The notes under the pieces were generated by a model. The model saw only the letters and a program-made list of their open reading frames with translations. It searched no databases and was not told where the DNA came from. The position numbers were made by a program, and so were the translations under genes. Of a DNA stretch of 32,000 bases, positions 1 through 10,007 are shown in pieces; position 1 is the stretch's first letter, and each line of letters opens with the position of its first letter. The stretch comes from an uncultured archaeon (GTDB lineage Archaea; Asgardarchaeota; Lokiarchaeia; Sigyniarchaeales; Promethearchaeaceae), in contig CAYRPF010000014.1 in the NCBI GenBank assembly GCA_964426185.1, positions 1 to 32,000 of the forward strand, read 5' to 3'.

Positions 1-3000
1 GATGGTGATTGGATATGGGATTCCTACGAACAAGGGCAAGAACATGGCTGGGAAAACGGCTTCAAAGATGGATACTATGATCGGATATATGGTTATGCAT
101 ATCATGAAATGTACTACAATAATTATTATTACGCTGAATATTTCGGTGCTGAAATTTTCCCCGGTTTTCCACAATCCGAACTTGATGCATTTGATTTGGC
201 ACAAGTTTACACTGCGTTTATGAACATGCCCAAGATTTTCAACATGAAGGTTCACATCGACCACATGTATGAAGATACCTTTATCAACGAATGGGATAAT
301 CCCTATCAAGATTTATATTATGATGTGATAAATATCACTGTCTCCATGAAGTTGGCAGGAACACCAGCAGATTATGAATCATTTGAAAATTTTACTGTAG
401 CATATTTAGATACAGAGGTTCGCACCTTTTTGAATGAAGCATTCAGCGGAACCGGCTCGATTTTAGCTAATATCACCGCAAAGTTTGATGAAGCGCTTTC
501 CCATCTGCAGAGTGAAATTGCGTCTCCAGATTTCGTTTCACCTCTTGAAAATCGAGGAATTGTTTGGGGAACAGGAACCAACACAACAATTATGCCTGAG
601 GAACTACCAGTTCAAATGGCCATGGATATTTTAAATGCTTTTGGTTTCAATTTCATCCAGACCCAAACCTATGATTATGGGTGGAGTAAAGGCTATGAAG
701 AAGGATATATAGAAGGATATGCAGATTCTGGCATAGCGAACCCATATGATCCCTCTGATGGAACTGAATATGGTTATGGATTAAAAGATGGATGGTATAA
801 CGGTTATAACGATGGATATTGGGATCAATACTATGGATATGGAATGTATAGTGGTTATTACTATAATTACAACCAAGATGCTGAACAATACGACACTTAT
901 CCCGCTGAATTTCCTTCTGGTTATGGATATATGCCTATCTTCATCCCTAGTGATCTTGATGTAGGTCTTCAAATTGATAAAGCCAAGGATTTGGCAAATG
1001 TTGCTTTAGGTCAATCCCACATGATTTTCTTGGGTGGATTTAATGGATTAACTGAGCAATTAGGAGTGAGCTTAATCACCAATGAAAAACAAATTTACGC
1101 TTCGGGAAACATTGATGATGCCAAATTCATGTTTGGAAAAATATTGGATTTAGGCGGCATGCTTTTCCTGGATCAGCTTAACTATGAATTTGATGACTTA
1201 GGCTTAGGATTCGAAATTGCTAATGATTCTTTAGAAGCATCGGGTGTATTCAACCTGAAATGGGATGATTCTGGAGTTTTGGAGAATCTTCATTATGGCA
1301 TGCACATCGGAATGAAGGCGGATATTCTCAATTTGATGGGAGTCGATATTGAATTCGATCTTTCCAGTGGAGAACAATCCACATTAAACGCGAATTTCTA
1401 TCCGGACATTCTTCCGACTCAAAAATACTATCCTCCTTCGGTTACCGGAAATTGGGCGGTAAATGAAGGTGATATATACGACTTTACTACGAGCTTTGAT
1501 CTGAACATCGAACTCCCCCAAGCTTTCTGGGATGAAATTAACGAAGGGTTATGGCAATCGATGAATGAGTCTTATTATTGGAATAACGACGAAACGAGCC
1601 TTCCAATCGGTGAAAAAGCCTCATTAGATGCTGAAAATATCTTTCATACATTCATTACTGAAGTTCCAAATGTAATCAATCTACGATCGAAAATAACAGA
1701 TATGCTTGGAATTCATGAAGTTCAGCCCCAATGGGAAGAACAATGGGTGGTTGATCATTATGAATGGGTGAACGTAGGTGATGTAGAGCATGAATATGAT
1801 TTTATAGCTCAATATCTACTTGCAAAAACACCAGGAGAAGCTGAATATCAACCATTAGGACAATTATTCAATGATGTCTATGAAGGATTCTATGATGCAA
1901 TAGGTGCCTCCTTCCCCCCAACGTATGCAGCTTGGGTGCAAGATAGTTTGGACACCTTGTTGGATGATATGTTAACCAGTTCCCAGATTCCAGATACCAA
2001 CGTTTCTGTATTTGATATCGTTTCCTACTTTGTGCCAACCACTTTGCAAATTTGGGGTGTTAGCTCAAACGATACTAATGTACCGGAATGGGCAAAATTA
2101 TTAGGTATTGTAGATGACTTTTTCTTCGAACTAATAGGCAATGGTGTTGCAACTCCCAGTTTATTCTATGTACCTACTGATTTCTCATTCAAAGATGTCT
2201 ATGATTCATTTATACCATGGGCGGAATTGGAAAGCGGAGGAGAATTTACTGAAGATCTACTCATCGAATTTCTGACCAATATGAGTGTGGATGATTACAG
2301 TGTAGATGATAACGAAGTGTTTCTGCGTATGGATATTGATCAGGGTATTAATGATATTTTCTTCCAGACTACTGGTTTGGACGATCCATTACGAGATTTA
2401 ATCAGCGAGATTTATTCCAACACTGGCGTGCAATTCATCGATCAAACCGTCTTTGGGAAATTGTTATTCAATTGGCGCTATGACGAAAACGGTGTGCTGG
2501 AAAACCTCCATCTACAAATCGGTGCTGGAATTGAAACTTATTCCGAAGAATTGAGCTTTTCTATCGAGTTAGACATTTCACAAGGTGAATTCAACGGAAA
2601 GAACGGACAATTCATTGGTGAACCTTTGATTCACACCTATGAGCATTGGATGTATCCCGATTTGACTCACACTTTGATTATTCCTGCTGGAGCTGGCAAT
2701 ATAATCCATATTGATTCCGAAACATATGATGTTCACTTCACTTTGGAAGTAACGGCAATTAATGGTGGAACCAGAATTGGTACGCAAATTTGGGGTGATG
2801 ATCCCAGCACTTCGGATATGTTTATGCCTGGAACTGGAGTTTTCTTTGCTATCGATGTGGAAGATTCAGAAAATATCCAAATGCCTTTAACTTTGACAGT
2901 AGATTTACGAGATGAATTACTCGATCTGAATACTACGTTACTAGAAGAATTATTTACTGTCTATAGCTATGATGATACTGCTGATGAATGGGTGGAAGAA

Positions 3001-3237
3001 TCATTCCCAGTTTCATTTGACTTTGATGCAGGCACTGTTTCGATAACTGTAAATCATTTATCGGCGTTTGCAGTTGGAGCCACTCCACTTCCTTCAACGG
3101 ATGATACAGCTACAGATGACACCGCTACAGATGATGATACTAATCCATTTGATAATATCCCGGGTTATTCAACTGGGATCTTCTTGATTGCTGCGATTGG
3201 AACTTTAGCTTTCATCTTGAAGAAGCGAAAACGATAA
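1..3237 (+). CDS. Large acidic cell-surface protein with Loki-CTERM-like C-terminal anchor (5'-truncated)
   Basis: Frame 1 is open from base 1 (DGDWIWDSYEQG...), so the gene starts upstream of the window. It is D/E/Y-rich, has GxxxG tracts and an internally repeated domain, and ends with a D/T linker followed by IPGY, a hydrophobic helix and KKRKR. Confidence 0.85.
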   Translation, partial: DGDWIWDSYEQGQEHGWENGFKDGYYDRIYGYAYHEMYYNNYYYAEYFGAEIFPGFPQSELDAFDLAQVYTAFMNMPKIFNMKVHIDHMYEDTFINEWDNPYQDLYYDVINITVSMKLAGTPADYESFENFTVAYLDTEVRTFLNEAFSGTGSILANITAKFDEALSHLQSEIASPDFVSPLENRGIVWGTGTNTTIMPEELPVQMAMDILNAFGFNFIQTQTYDYGWSKGYEEGYIEGYADSGIANPYDPSDGTEYGYGLKDGWYNGYNDGYWDQYYGYGMYSGYYYNYNQDAEQYDTYPAEFPSGYGYMPIFIPSDLDVGLQIDKAKDLANVALGQSHMIFLGGFNGLTEQLGVSLITNEKQIYASGNIDDAKFMFGKILDLGGMLFLDQLNYEFDDLGLGFEIANDSLEASGVFNLKWDDSGVLENLHYGMHIGMKADILNLMGVDIEFDLSSGEQSTLNANFYPDILPTQKYYPPSVTGNWAVNEGDIYDFTTSFDLNIELPQAFWDEINEGLWQSMNESYYWNNDETSLPIGEKASLDAENIFHTFITEVPNVINLRSKITDMLGIHEVQPQWEEQWVVDHYEWVNVGDVEHEYDFIAQYLLAKTPGEAEYQPLGQLFNDVYEGFYDAIGASFPPTYAAWVQDSLDTLLDDMLTSSQIPDTNVSVFDIVSYFVPTTLQIWGVSSNDTNVPEWAKLLGIVDDFFFELIGNGVATPSLFYVPTDFSFKDVYDSFIPWAELESGGEFTEDLLIEFLTNMSVDDYSVDDNEVFLRMDIDQGINDIFFQTTGLDDPLRDLISEIYSNTGVQFIDQTVFGKLLFNWRYDENGVLENLHLQIGAGIETYSEELSFSIELDISQGEFNGKNGQFIGEPLIHTYEHWMYPDLTHTLIIPAGAGNIIHIDSETYDVHFTLEVTAINGGTRIGTQIWGDDPSTSDMFMPGTGVFFAIDVEDSENIQMPLTLTVDLRDELLDLNTTLLEELFTVYSYDDTADEWVEESFPVSFDFDAGTVSITVNHLSAFAVGATPLPSTDDTATDDTATDDDTNPFDNIPGYSTGIFLIAAIGTLAFILKKRKR
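3100..3140 (+). repeat. 15-bp tandem repeat encoding DDTAT-DDTAT-DDD linker
   Basis: gatgatacagctaca gatgacaccgctaca gatgatgat, just before the IPGY anchor. Confidence 0.8.
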
Positions 3238-3261
3238 AAAATGCACAATAGCGCTTGATAA

Positions 3262-3295
3262 CGTTAGTTTTTTACTTTTTTTTATTTTTGTTTAA
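3262..3295 (+). terminator. Oligo-T terminator between convergent genes
   Basis: Consecutive T runs downstream of the surface-protein stop, typical of archaeal termination. Confidence 0.5.
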
Positions 3296-3306
3296 CTTGA
3301 ACCTTT

Positions 3307-3594
3307 TTAATTTGTAATGGAAAAGGTGTGATATTTGCGTATTCCTTCTTGAATATCGTATTTCACTTTCATTACCTTCGCATAACTTGGACCTTGGTGT
3401 AACCACTCCACTAGTTTTTTGATTGCATCTTCTGGGCCTTCTGCAAAAACCCTAACACTTCCATCAAGTTCATTTTTTACCCAACCGGTTAATGCTAACT
3501 GTGTGGCCATTTTTTGGGTTGTTCCTCTAAACCAAACACCTTGAACTCTTCCAAAAACTTGAGCTTTAAGGATTGATATCTTATTTTGCGGCAT
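3307..3594 (-). CDS. acyP: Acylphosphatase
   Basis: Signature GRVQGVWFR and GWVKNxxDGSV motifs, ending in GP..A.V; 95 aa. Confidence 0.95.
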   Translation of the reverse strand: MPQNKISILKAQVFGRVQGVWFRGTTQKMATQLALTGWVKNELDGSVRVFAEGPEDAIKKLVEWLHQGPSYAKVMKVKYDIQEGIRKYHTFSITN

Positions 3595-3648
3595 ATATTT
3601 TATACCTCAGATAGGGTATGGTTGTTAATATTGATGTTAATCTATAAT

Positions 3649-4842
3649 TTATAAAAGAATTTTCCATCCAGAAGACTGAATTACAGTGTAATGTGATTGA
3701 ATTCTATTCCGTAAATTTTGAAGATAAAGGCAATGTGGTCTGAAATCATTATCTTGAAGTAAATTTTCGATGACTTGCATCATTGGATAACCCCGTGAGA
3801 TAATTATATTTTCTAGAGTGTTTAATTTTCGCTTTTCAATATCTAGTAATTTGGATTTTGCTGAATTTGATAGATTTTGATGGTTTATACAGGCTGTTTT
3901 TAGAATTTTTTGCGAATTTTCGTGGATAAATTGAGCAATAATTTCGTGATCTAAATCTTTTTTATTCCATAAGCGCTCCAAATCAATTGGTTTAAAGGCC
4001 TGTTCATAAGATATCAGTAATTCTTCATTTCCAACATCTTGCAGTATTTGATAAGCAGATTTCCTACCAAAATAGTTTGGATTTATTGTTTCGAGGGATT
4101 TAAGCGCTGAATTTTTAACTTCTGGGTTAAAATCCATCAAGAGAGAGAAAAGACACAAAAAAGCATCAAAATGTGGATGTTTTTGAAGCGCTCGAGCTAC
4201 TGCTATACGAACATTATGATCAGGATCGGCAACAAATTTTTTAATAAAAGGAACTGCTATTTTTGTGGGAAAGGCACCTAACTTTGTAATTATATCCTCC
4301 CGCTCATACCATGGTAGATTTGGATTTTGAAGCCGATTTCGGAAAGTTTCAACAAATATTTCGGCAGTTAATGGCGTGATCGTTGAAAGAATGGCTAAAA
4401 TATCTTCTCGCGGATATTGGTGGGGAAAGAGTTCATGTAATAGGCGGGCACAATGCTGTTGGATTACTTCTTCTGGATGAATCAAGCCTTGGAGAAGAAT
4501 TGAGTGGAATTCTTTCCTATTTTTTCTGATATGCCGGTAAGCTCGGTAGTAAAAGGAAAAAGAGTGATCAATTAAGAAAAATAAGATATACCAACGTGCT
4601 TCTTCCTTTATATTTTCTGGGATATGTTGTGACCAATTTGCTCGAGATATCTTCTGGTATTTTCCACTGGGATGATCCTTCAAAATTTTTAATGTCTTTT
4701 TGCGAATTTTTGCTGAAGGGAAATACAATAACTTTAAGAAATCCATGGGATCAAATTTTATTTGTTGAATTTCTGAGATAGAATGTTCATAAATTTGCAT
4801 ACCTAATTTTCGGAAACTGAAAAAATCCTGGAGTGAAATCAA
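3649..4842 (-). CDS. HEAT/PBS-lyase-like repeat protein
   Basis: Repeats such as DPDHNVRIAVARAL, DFNPEVKNSALKSL and LIHPEEVIQQHCARLL. Start uncertain (TTG 4842 or ATG 4800). Confidence 0.75.
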   Translation of the reverse strand: MISLQDFFSFRKLGMQIYEHSISEIQQIKFDPMDFLKLLYFPSAKIRKKTLKILKDHPSGKYQKISRANWSQHIPENIKEEARWYILFFLIDHSFSFYYRAYRHIRKNRKEFHSILLQGLIHPEEVIQQHCARLLHELFPHQYPREDILAILSTITPLTAEIFVETFRNRLQNPNLPWYEREDIITKLGAFPTKIAVPFIKKFVADPDHNVRIAVARALQKHPHFDAFLCLFSLLMDFNPEVKNSALKSLETINPNYFGRKSAYQILQDVGNEELLISYEQAFKPIDLERLWNKKDLDHEIIAQFIHENSQKILKTACINHQNLSNSAKSKLLDIEKRKLNTLENIIISRGYPMMQVIENLLQDNDFRPHCLYLQNLRNRIQSHYTVIQSSGWKILL

Positions 4843-4872
4843 TAATATCGCCTAAAATATTAGTTTTAACCC

Positions 4873-6045
4873 TTAAGAAATTCCAAGAGCATTTCCACTG
4901 GCTAAAATGATTATATTATCTCCTGGTTTGCTTTGTGTAATAATGGAAGACTTGATTAGCCGAATAATTTTTGCGATAGAATTTTTAATTTGTTCTGACA
5001 TCGGAAATACTGCATCTTCCAGTGATTCTCGGCAAATAATGGCTTCCATTTTGATTTCTGGATTATGCTGCGGGAGAATTTCTTCTAAATATGCCTTTTC
5101 AAAATTTGCATGGGTATCTGTTCCGATGACTAATCCTAAACCATGTGAAATTGTTCCAGATTTTTCTACTTCTAATTTTGCAAAGGCATCAATGGTTAAT
5201 ATCATTGAGATATTTGATCTATTTGCGGGTAAATTTTCAAGAACATGTTTTACAATCATTCCTGGATGACCTACTCTGGGTTCTGGACCTTTCGGGCGTA
5301 GACATACTAAATTTCTGTCTTCAAACTGAATTGTGTTAAGTAAATATTCGTCCATAATTGTTTCTTCGGTAATTTTCATGTTAGAATCTTTTTGTGGGAT
5401 GTCAAATTGCTCAATAAATGTTTTCAATACCAGTGGTGCAATGGAATCTCCAATTGGTTCTCCTAACATTATAGAATCTATTAATACTCGGTATGTTCGG
5501 GCTTTTAACATTGTTTGAGTGATTTCAGAAGCTGTTTGTAAGAGATACCAGTAACCATTTGTTTTTTCACCGATTGAAAGATTATGATATCCATTTTTTA
5601 GAATCAGATCAATTTGCTGTGTTGCTTTCAATAATGCGAGTAATTTTTCCAAAACTGAAGATGAAATTTTTGGGACGTAGTTTCTTATCATTTCCTTTAA
5701 ATGCTCTTCTTGTTGTAAAATCAAGTTTAACCAAAGTATATAGGTATCTTTCTTAAAATTTTCAAAAGGAATAATGAAATAATCCAGCAATTCAGTGATA
5801 AAATCTTTAATATCTGCTTCAGTAATAGTTTCTGAGGTTAATGGCTCGATTAATTTACTGATTTGTTTAATTCCATATAAGCGCCATTGCTTTAAATCTT
5901 TTAAAGATTGTCTTATTTGGCGTGATGCCCGAAATGCTTGCCAATTTTGACCAAAAAATAGAATAAGTAAGATTAAAATGATGAATAGGCTAGACAAGAT
6001 ATTATAAATTGTTTCGATAACTGTCATGTTCTTACTTAATAGCAA
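4873..6045 (-). CDS. DUF1512-like membrane-anchored protein
   Basis: N-terminal TM, then GEPIGDSIAPLV, GPEPRVGHPG, IDAFAKLE.EKSG.I..G.G and terminal GNALGI, matching archaeal DUF1512 motifs. Start probably ATG 6027. Confidence 0.75.
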   Translation of the reverse strand: MLLSKNMTVIETIYNILSSLFIILILLILFFGQNWQAFRASRQIRQSLKDLKQWRLYGIKQISKLIEPLTSETITEADIKDFITELLDYFIIPFENFKKDTYILWLNLILQQEEHLKEMIRNYVPKISSSVLEKLLALLKATQQIDLILKNGYHNLSIGEKTNGYWYLLQTASEITQTMLKARTYRVLIDSIMLGEPIGDSIAPLVLKTFIEQFDIPQKDSNMKITEETIMDEYLLNTIQFEDRNLVCLRPKGPEPRVGHPGMIVKHVLENLPANRSNISMILTIDAFAKLEVEKSGTISHGLGLVIGTDTHANFEKAYLEEILPQHNPEIKMEAIICRESLEDAVFPMSEQIKNSIAKIIRLIKSSIITQSKPGDNIIILASGNALGIS

Positions 6046-6116
6046 TGTATTCTATTCCATAAATATTAATCGCTCTAATAGCAATAATAGTTGTAATGCT
6101 CGTATGGGGAATTAAA

Positions 6117-6587
6117 ATGGAATATCCATATACTCATGTAGGATTAGGTGGTAGTTTCGATCATTTACATAAGGGGCATAAATTTCTGCTGAAAACAGCC
6201 TTTAAGCTCGGAAAATTTGTGCATATCGCTCTTACCATGGAAAAATTATTGAAAAAAAAACAATATCTTCAATACTTTGAGCCATATTCTGTTCGATTTG
6301 AGCATCTTTGTGCCTATATAGAACAAGAACTCAATATTGAACCTGAGAGATATTCTATCATCCCGCTAGAAGATCCTTACGGTCCAGCTATTACTTCATC
6401 TGATTTAGAAGTTCATATTAGTAGTTTGGAGACGTATTCTGTTGCCCTCAAAATTAATGAAATCCGGTTGGAAAAGGGTTTAAACCCACTAATTTTGGTG
6501 ATTATCCCGATATTATATAATTATTTGGGAGAAAAGATCAGTTCTACTCAAATTCGAAAAAAAATTGCAAAATCAATTAAAAAATAA
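6117..6587 (+). CDS. coaD: Phosphopantetheine adenylyltransferase (archaeal type)
   Basis: GGSFDHLHKGH (HxGH), DPYGPA, S.ET, IN.IR..KGL.PL and KISSTQIR. ATG 6117 follows a GGGGA; alternative start 6096. Confidence 0.9.
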   Translation: MEYPYTHVGLGGSFDHLHKGHKFLLKTAFKLGKFVHIALTMEKLLKKKQYLQYFEPYSVRFEHLCAYIEQELNIEPERYSIIPLEDPYGPAITSSDLEVHISSLETYSVALKINEIRLEKGLNPLILVIIPILYNYLGEKISSTQIRKKIAKSIKK

Positions 6588-6618
6588 AAAATAATAATAA
6601 TCTAACGGAGAGAAAAAC

Positions 6619-8193
6619 ATGACCTCCAGTACAGAAAAACCAACTTTGAAAAAGGAATATCTACCAATTCTTCAAAAGTTACAAGATATCAATAAACCGA
6701 TTGAAGCACGTGAATTGAGCCAAGATCTAAACATTGGTTATGAAAAACTGATGTCGGGCGCTATTTATGCTTTGCAGGAACAAGGTTTGGCTAAATTTAC
6801 GGAACAAGAAGAAATTTTACTCCATCTTACTGATGAAGGAAAAGAATATGTGGTGAAAGGACTACCTGAAAGACAAATGTTTGAATATTTTAAAGCGAAA
6901 GGATATAAAGAAATATCACTCGCAGATTTTCAATCAGAAATTGAAAAAGAATTAGGTTTTAGTAAAAAGTTATTCTTTATTGGTTTAAATTTTATGAAAA
7001 AGAACAAGTGGGTGGTGAGTTCTAAAGCAACTGGAGCGGAAAAAATCTTTATTTATAACGAGACAGCTCCAGAAACCCCAGTTGAGCAATTACTCAATTA
7101 TTTTAAGGATCAGTCTCAGATATTTGTTAGTTCTATTCCTTCTACATTGCAAGAATATCTTTCCTTATTATCTAAGCGAAAAATAATCACTCGAGAGCGG
7201 ATAACCTTACGCATGGTTGAATTAACGGAAGAGGGAAAAAAGATTAAAACAGATCAAATATCGCTGATAGAAGAAGAAATTCAGATGATTACTTCCGAAA
7301 TGATCAAATCTGGAAAGTGGAAAGAAAAACTCGCTGCTCTTAAATCTTATGATGTGGCAGTTGAAGGACCCCGTATCCAAGTGGGAAAACTTCATCCTAT
7401 GACAATTATTAAGAATTCAGTCCGAGAAGTTTTTCATTCTATGGGTTTTCAAGAAATCCGTGGACCGATCATTGAACTTGCCTTTTATAATTTTGATTCT
7501 CTTTACCAGCCTCAAGATCACCCTGCTCGGGAAATGCACGATACATTTTACCTAAAACAGCCTCAAAAGGGAAAACTTCCCAAGAAAAAATTTGTAGAAA
7601 AAATCAAGGCTATTCACGAAAATGGAGGTGATTCTGGATCTACTGGTTGGGGATATGAATGGTCACCTGAGATTGCAAAAAAACTTCTACTGAGAACCCA
7701 TACTACTGCTACTACACTTCGACATTTGGCAAAAGTAGGATTAGAAAAATCAAAACTACCTGTGAAAGTTTTTTGCATTGATCGGGTATTTCGCAATGAG
7801 AAGATAGATCGCACTCACTTAGCAGAACTTCAGCAGATAGATGGAATTATTATTGGAGAAAATGTCACGCTCAGTGATTTAATTGGACAAATCACAGAAT
7901 TTTATAAACGAATGGGATTCAAAAAGGTAATCACTCGTCCCGGTTTCTTTCCATATACAGAACCATCCATGGAAGTATCCGTTTATAGTGAAGAATTGGG
8001 TGCTTGGTTGGAAATGGGTGGATCTGGCATATTTCGTCCAGAAGTGACCTATGCTTGGGGAATAAAGAATCCTATCCGCGTTCTAGCCTGGGGTTTAGGC
8101 TTAGAACGGTTGGCTATGTTGAAACTAAAGAGAGACGACATACGAGATCTTTATCAAAGTAATATTTCATGGTTGCGGGAGGTATCTTACTAA
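6619..8193 (+). CDS. pheS: Phenylalanine--tRNA ligase alpha subunit (archaeal/eukaryotic type)
   Basis: N-terminal wHTH-like region (LTDEG..Y...GLPE), NFDSLYQPQDHPAREMHDTF, LLRTHTTA, FRNE, FFPYTEPS, WGLGLERLAM. Confidence 0.97.
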   Translation: MTSSTEKPTLKKEYLPILQKLQDINKPIEARELSQDLNIGYEKLMSGAIYALQEQGLAKFTEQEEILLHLTDEGKEYVVKGLPERQMFEYFKAKGYKEISLADFQSEIEKELGFSKKLFFIGLNFMKKNKWVVSSKATGAEKIFIYNETAPETPVEQLLNYFKDQSQIFVSSIPSTLQEYLSLLSKRKIITRERITLRMVELTEEGKKIKTDQISLIEEEIQMITSEMIKSGKWKEKLAALKSYDVAVEGPRIQVGKLHPMTIIKNSVREVFHSMGFQEIRGPIIELAFYNFDSLYQPQDHPAREMHDTFYLKQPQKGKLPKKKFVEKIKAIHENGGDSGSTGWGYEWSPEIAKKLLLRTHTTATTLRHLAKVGLEKSKLPVKVFCIDRVFRNEKIDRTHLAELQQIDGIIIGENVTLSDLIGQITEFYKRMGFKKVITRPGFFPYTEPSMEVSVYSEELGAWLEMGGSGIFRPEVTYAWGIKNPIRVLAWGLGLERLAMLKLKRDDIRDLYQSNISWLREVSY

Positions 8194-8194
8194 A

Positions 8195-9880
8195 ATGCCT
8201 ACTATTGAATTAAAAATTGATGAACTTTCGGAATTATTAGGTCGAAAAGTTGAATATGAAACATTGCAATATGATTTACAATGGATCTCATTAGATATTG
8301 ATGATTATGATCCTGAAAATCAGATAATCAAAGTAGAATTCAACCCAAACCGTCCTGATTTTTCAAGCCCGCAAGGAATAATCCGACCCTTAAAGGGTTA
8401 TTATGGCATTGAAAAAGGGATAATTAAATATACGGTTACAAAAGGGAAAGAATATTTCAAGGTCAGTTCTAAAGTAAAAGCCATCCGTCCCTATGTGGTT
8501 TCAGGCTTAGTTAGGTTTAATTCCGCTCTTACAGAGGAACAAGTCATTACTTTGATGAGAATGCAAGAAATTCTTCATTGGGCTGTCGGTAGAGATCGGA
8601 AAAAAGTGGCTATAGGAATTCATGATTATGAAATGGTTAAAGGGCCATATATTTATACTTCTGTTAAACCAGATGAAATTAAATTCCGACCCCTTCATTT
8701 AGAAGCATATGAATTGACACCCCAAGAAATTTTAGAAGAACATCCCATGGGAATTCAATATGCCCACTTATTAGAAGGGTGTGAAGAATATCCCATGATT
8801 TTTGATGCAGAAGGAAAGGTGGTTTCATTTCCTCCGATTATTAATGGAACTTATACTACAGTTACTCCCGATAAAACCAAAATTTTACTGTTAGATTTGA
8901 CTGGTACCAATGAAAAAGCCGTTAATGTGGCATTAAATATTTTAGCTACCACTTTCGCAGATATGGGAGGTAAGTTGGAGTCGGTAGAAATTATTTATGA
9001 AGATGAATCCGAAAAGGAAATATGGACTCCTGATTTAACCCCTCGAATTTGGACCGGACATGTGGATTATATTAATTCTTACATCGGATTAAATCTATCT
9101 GCTTCTGAGATGGTAGAATGTCTGCAAAAAGTCCGGCTAGATGCTGAAATTGTGGATTCCAATACACTCAAAGTTTCTATTCCAGCATATCGCAATGATA
9201 TTATGCATGAAGTAGACTTGGTTGAAGAAGTAGCCATGGGTTATGGATATGAGAATTTGATACCAACAGTTTTTATGGAAGGATTTGGAAAATACCATCC
9301 TATCTTAAAATTTGCACAACAAGTTAGAGAAATAATGATTGGTGCCAGTTGTATTGAGATGGTTAATAATATTTTAATTTCAAATGGCGATAATCAAAAA
9401 CTACGGTTAAATATCAAGAAAAAAGAACAAATACTTCTATTGAATCCCGTTTCAGCAGAGTATAATACAGTTCGACGTTCTCTTCTGACCAGTTTATTAA
9501 AAAATATACAATATAATCGTTCTGAAGAAAAACCCTTTCGTATTTTTGAAGTGGGGGATGTTATCATTCCAGATAAGTCTCAAGAAACTTTATCTCGCCG
9601 AGAACTGCACTTGGCTTGCATCGTTCATTCGGATTCAAGTGACTTTTCAGAAATTCGGAGTATTTTCGATCATTTCACCCGAACTTATGGAATTTTCGAT
9701 TCGATTACTATACGACCAGAAGAAAATGAATCCTTTACGCCAGGACGGATCGGTGCAATATATTATAAGAAAAAGAAAATCGGGATGATTGGAGAAATTC
9801 ACCCTCAAGTTATTCAAAATTTTGAATTAGAATATCCCACTGCTGGTTTTGAAATCAATTTAGATCCTTTTGTGCAGTAA
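8195..9880 (+). CDS. pheT: Phenylalanine--tRNA ligase beta subunit (archaeal type)
   Basis: MPTIE start, NRPD, GRDRKKVAIGIHD, SFPPIIN, R.DIMHEVDLVEEVA..YGY, GEIHPQV; 1 nt after pheS. Confidence 0.97.
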   Translation: MPTIELKIDELSELLGRKVEYETLQYDLQWISLDIDDYDPENQIIKVEFNPNRPDFSSPQGIIRPLKGYYGIEKGIIKYTVTKGKEYFKVSSKVKAIRPYVVSGLVRFNSALTEEQVITLMRMQEILHWAVGRDRKKVAIGIHDYEMVKGPYIYTSVKPDEIKFRPLHLEAYELTPQEILEEHPMGIQYAHLLEGCEEYPMIFDAEGKVVSFPPIINGTYTTVTPDKTKILLLDLTGTNEKAVNVALNILATTFADMGGKLESVEIIYEDESEKEIWTPDLTPRIWTGHVDYINSYIGLNLSASEMVECLQKVRLDAEIVDSNTLKVSIPAYRNDIMHEVDLVEEVAMGYGYENLIPTVFMEGFGKYHPILKFAQQVREIMIGASCIEMVNNILISNGDNQKLRLNIKKKEQILLLNPVSAEYNTVRRSLLTSLLKNIQYNRSEEKPFRIFEVGDVIIPDKSQETLSRRELHLACIVHSDSSDFSEIRSIFDHFTRTYGIFDSITIRPEENESFTPGRIGAIYYKKKKIGMIGEIHPQVIQNFELEYPTAGFEINLDPFVQ

Positions 9881-10007
9881 GGTGAAATTTTTTTTATGCA
9901 TTTTTTTATGATATGGCTAAGTCATAGTAATCGTTTGATTAACCAATACTATTGCATAAACTCAGTGTTAGGGGATATAGCGATAAAGAATTAATTGCTA
10001 AGGATAT

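Noticed and set aside
2-223. 73-aa ORF in frame 2
   Set aside because: It overlaps the open frame-1 surface protein, which continues upstream past base 1.
9881-10007. Possible tRNA/ncRNA between pheT and rph
   Set aside because: AT-rich with T runs and no cloverleaf or GC stems; consistent with termination signals.
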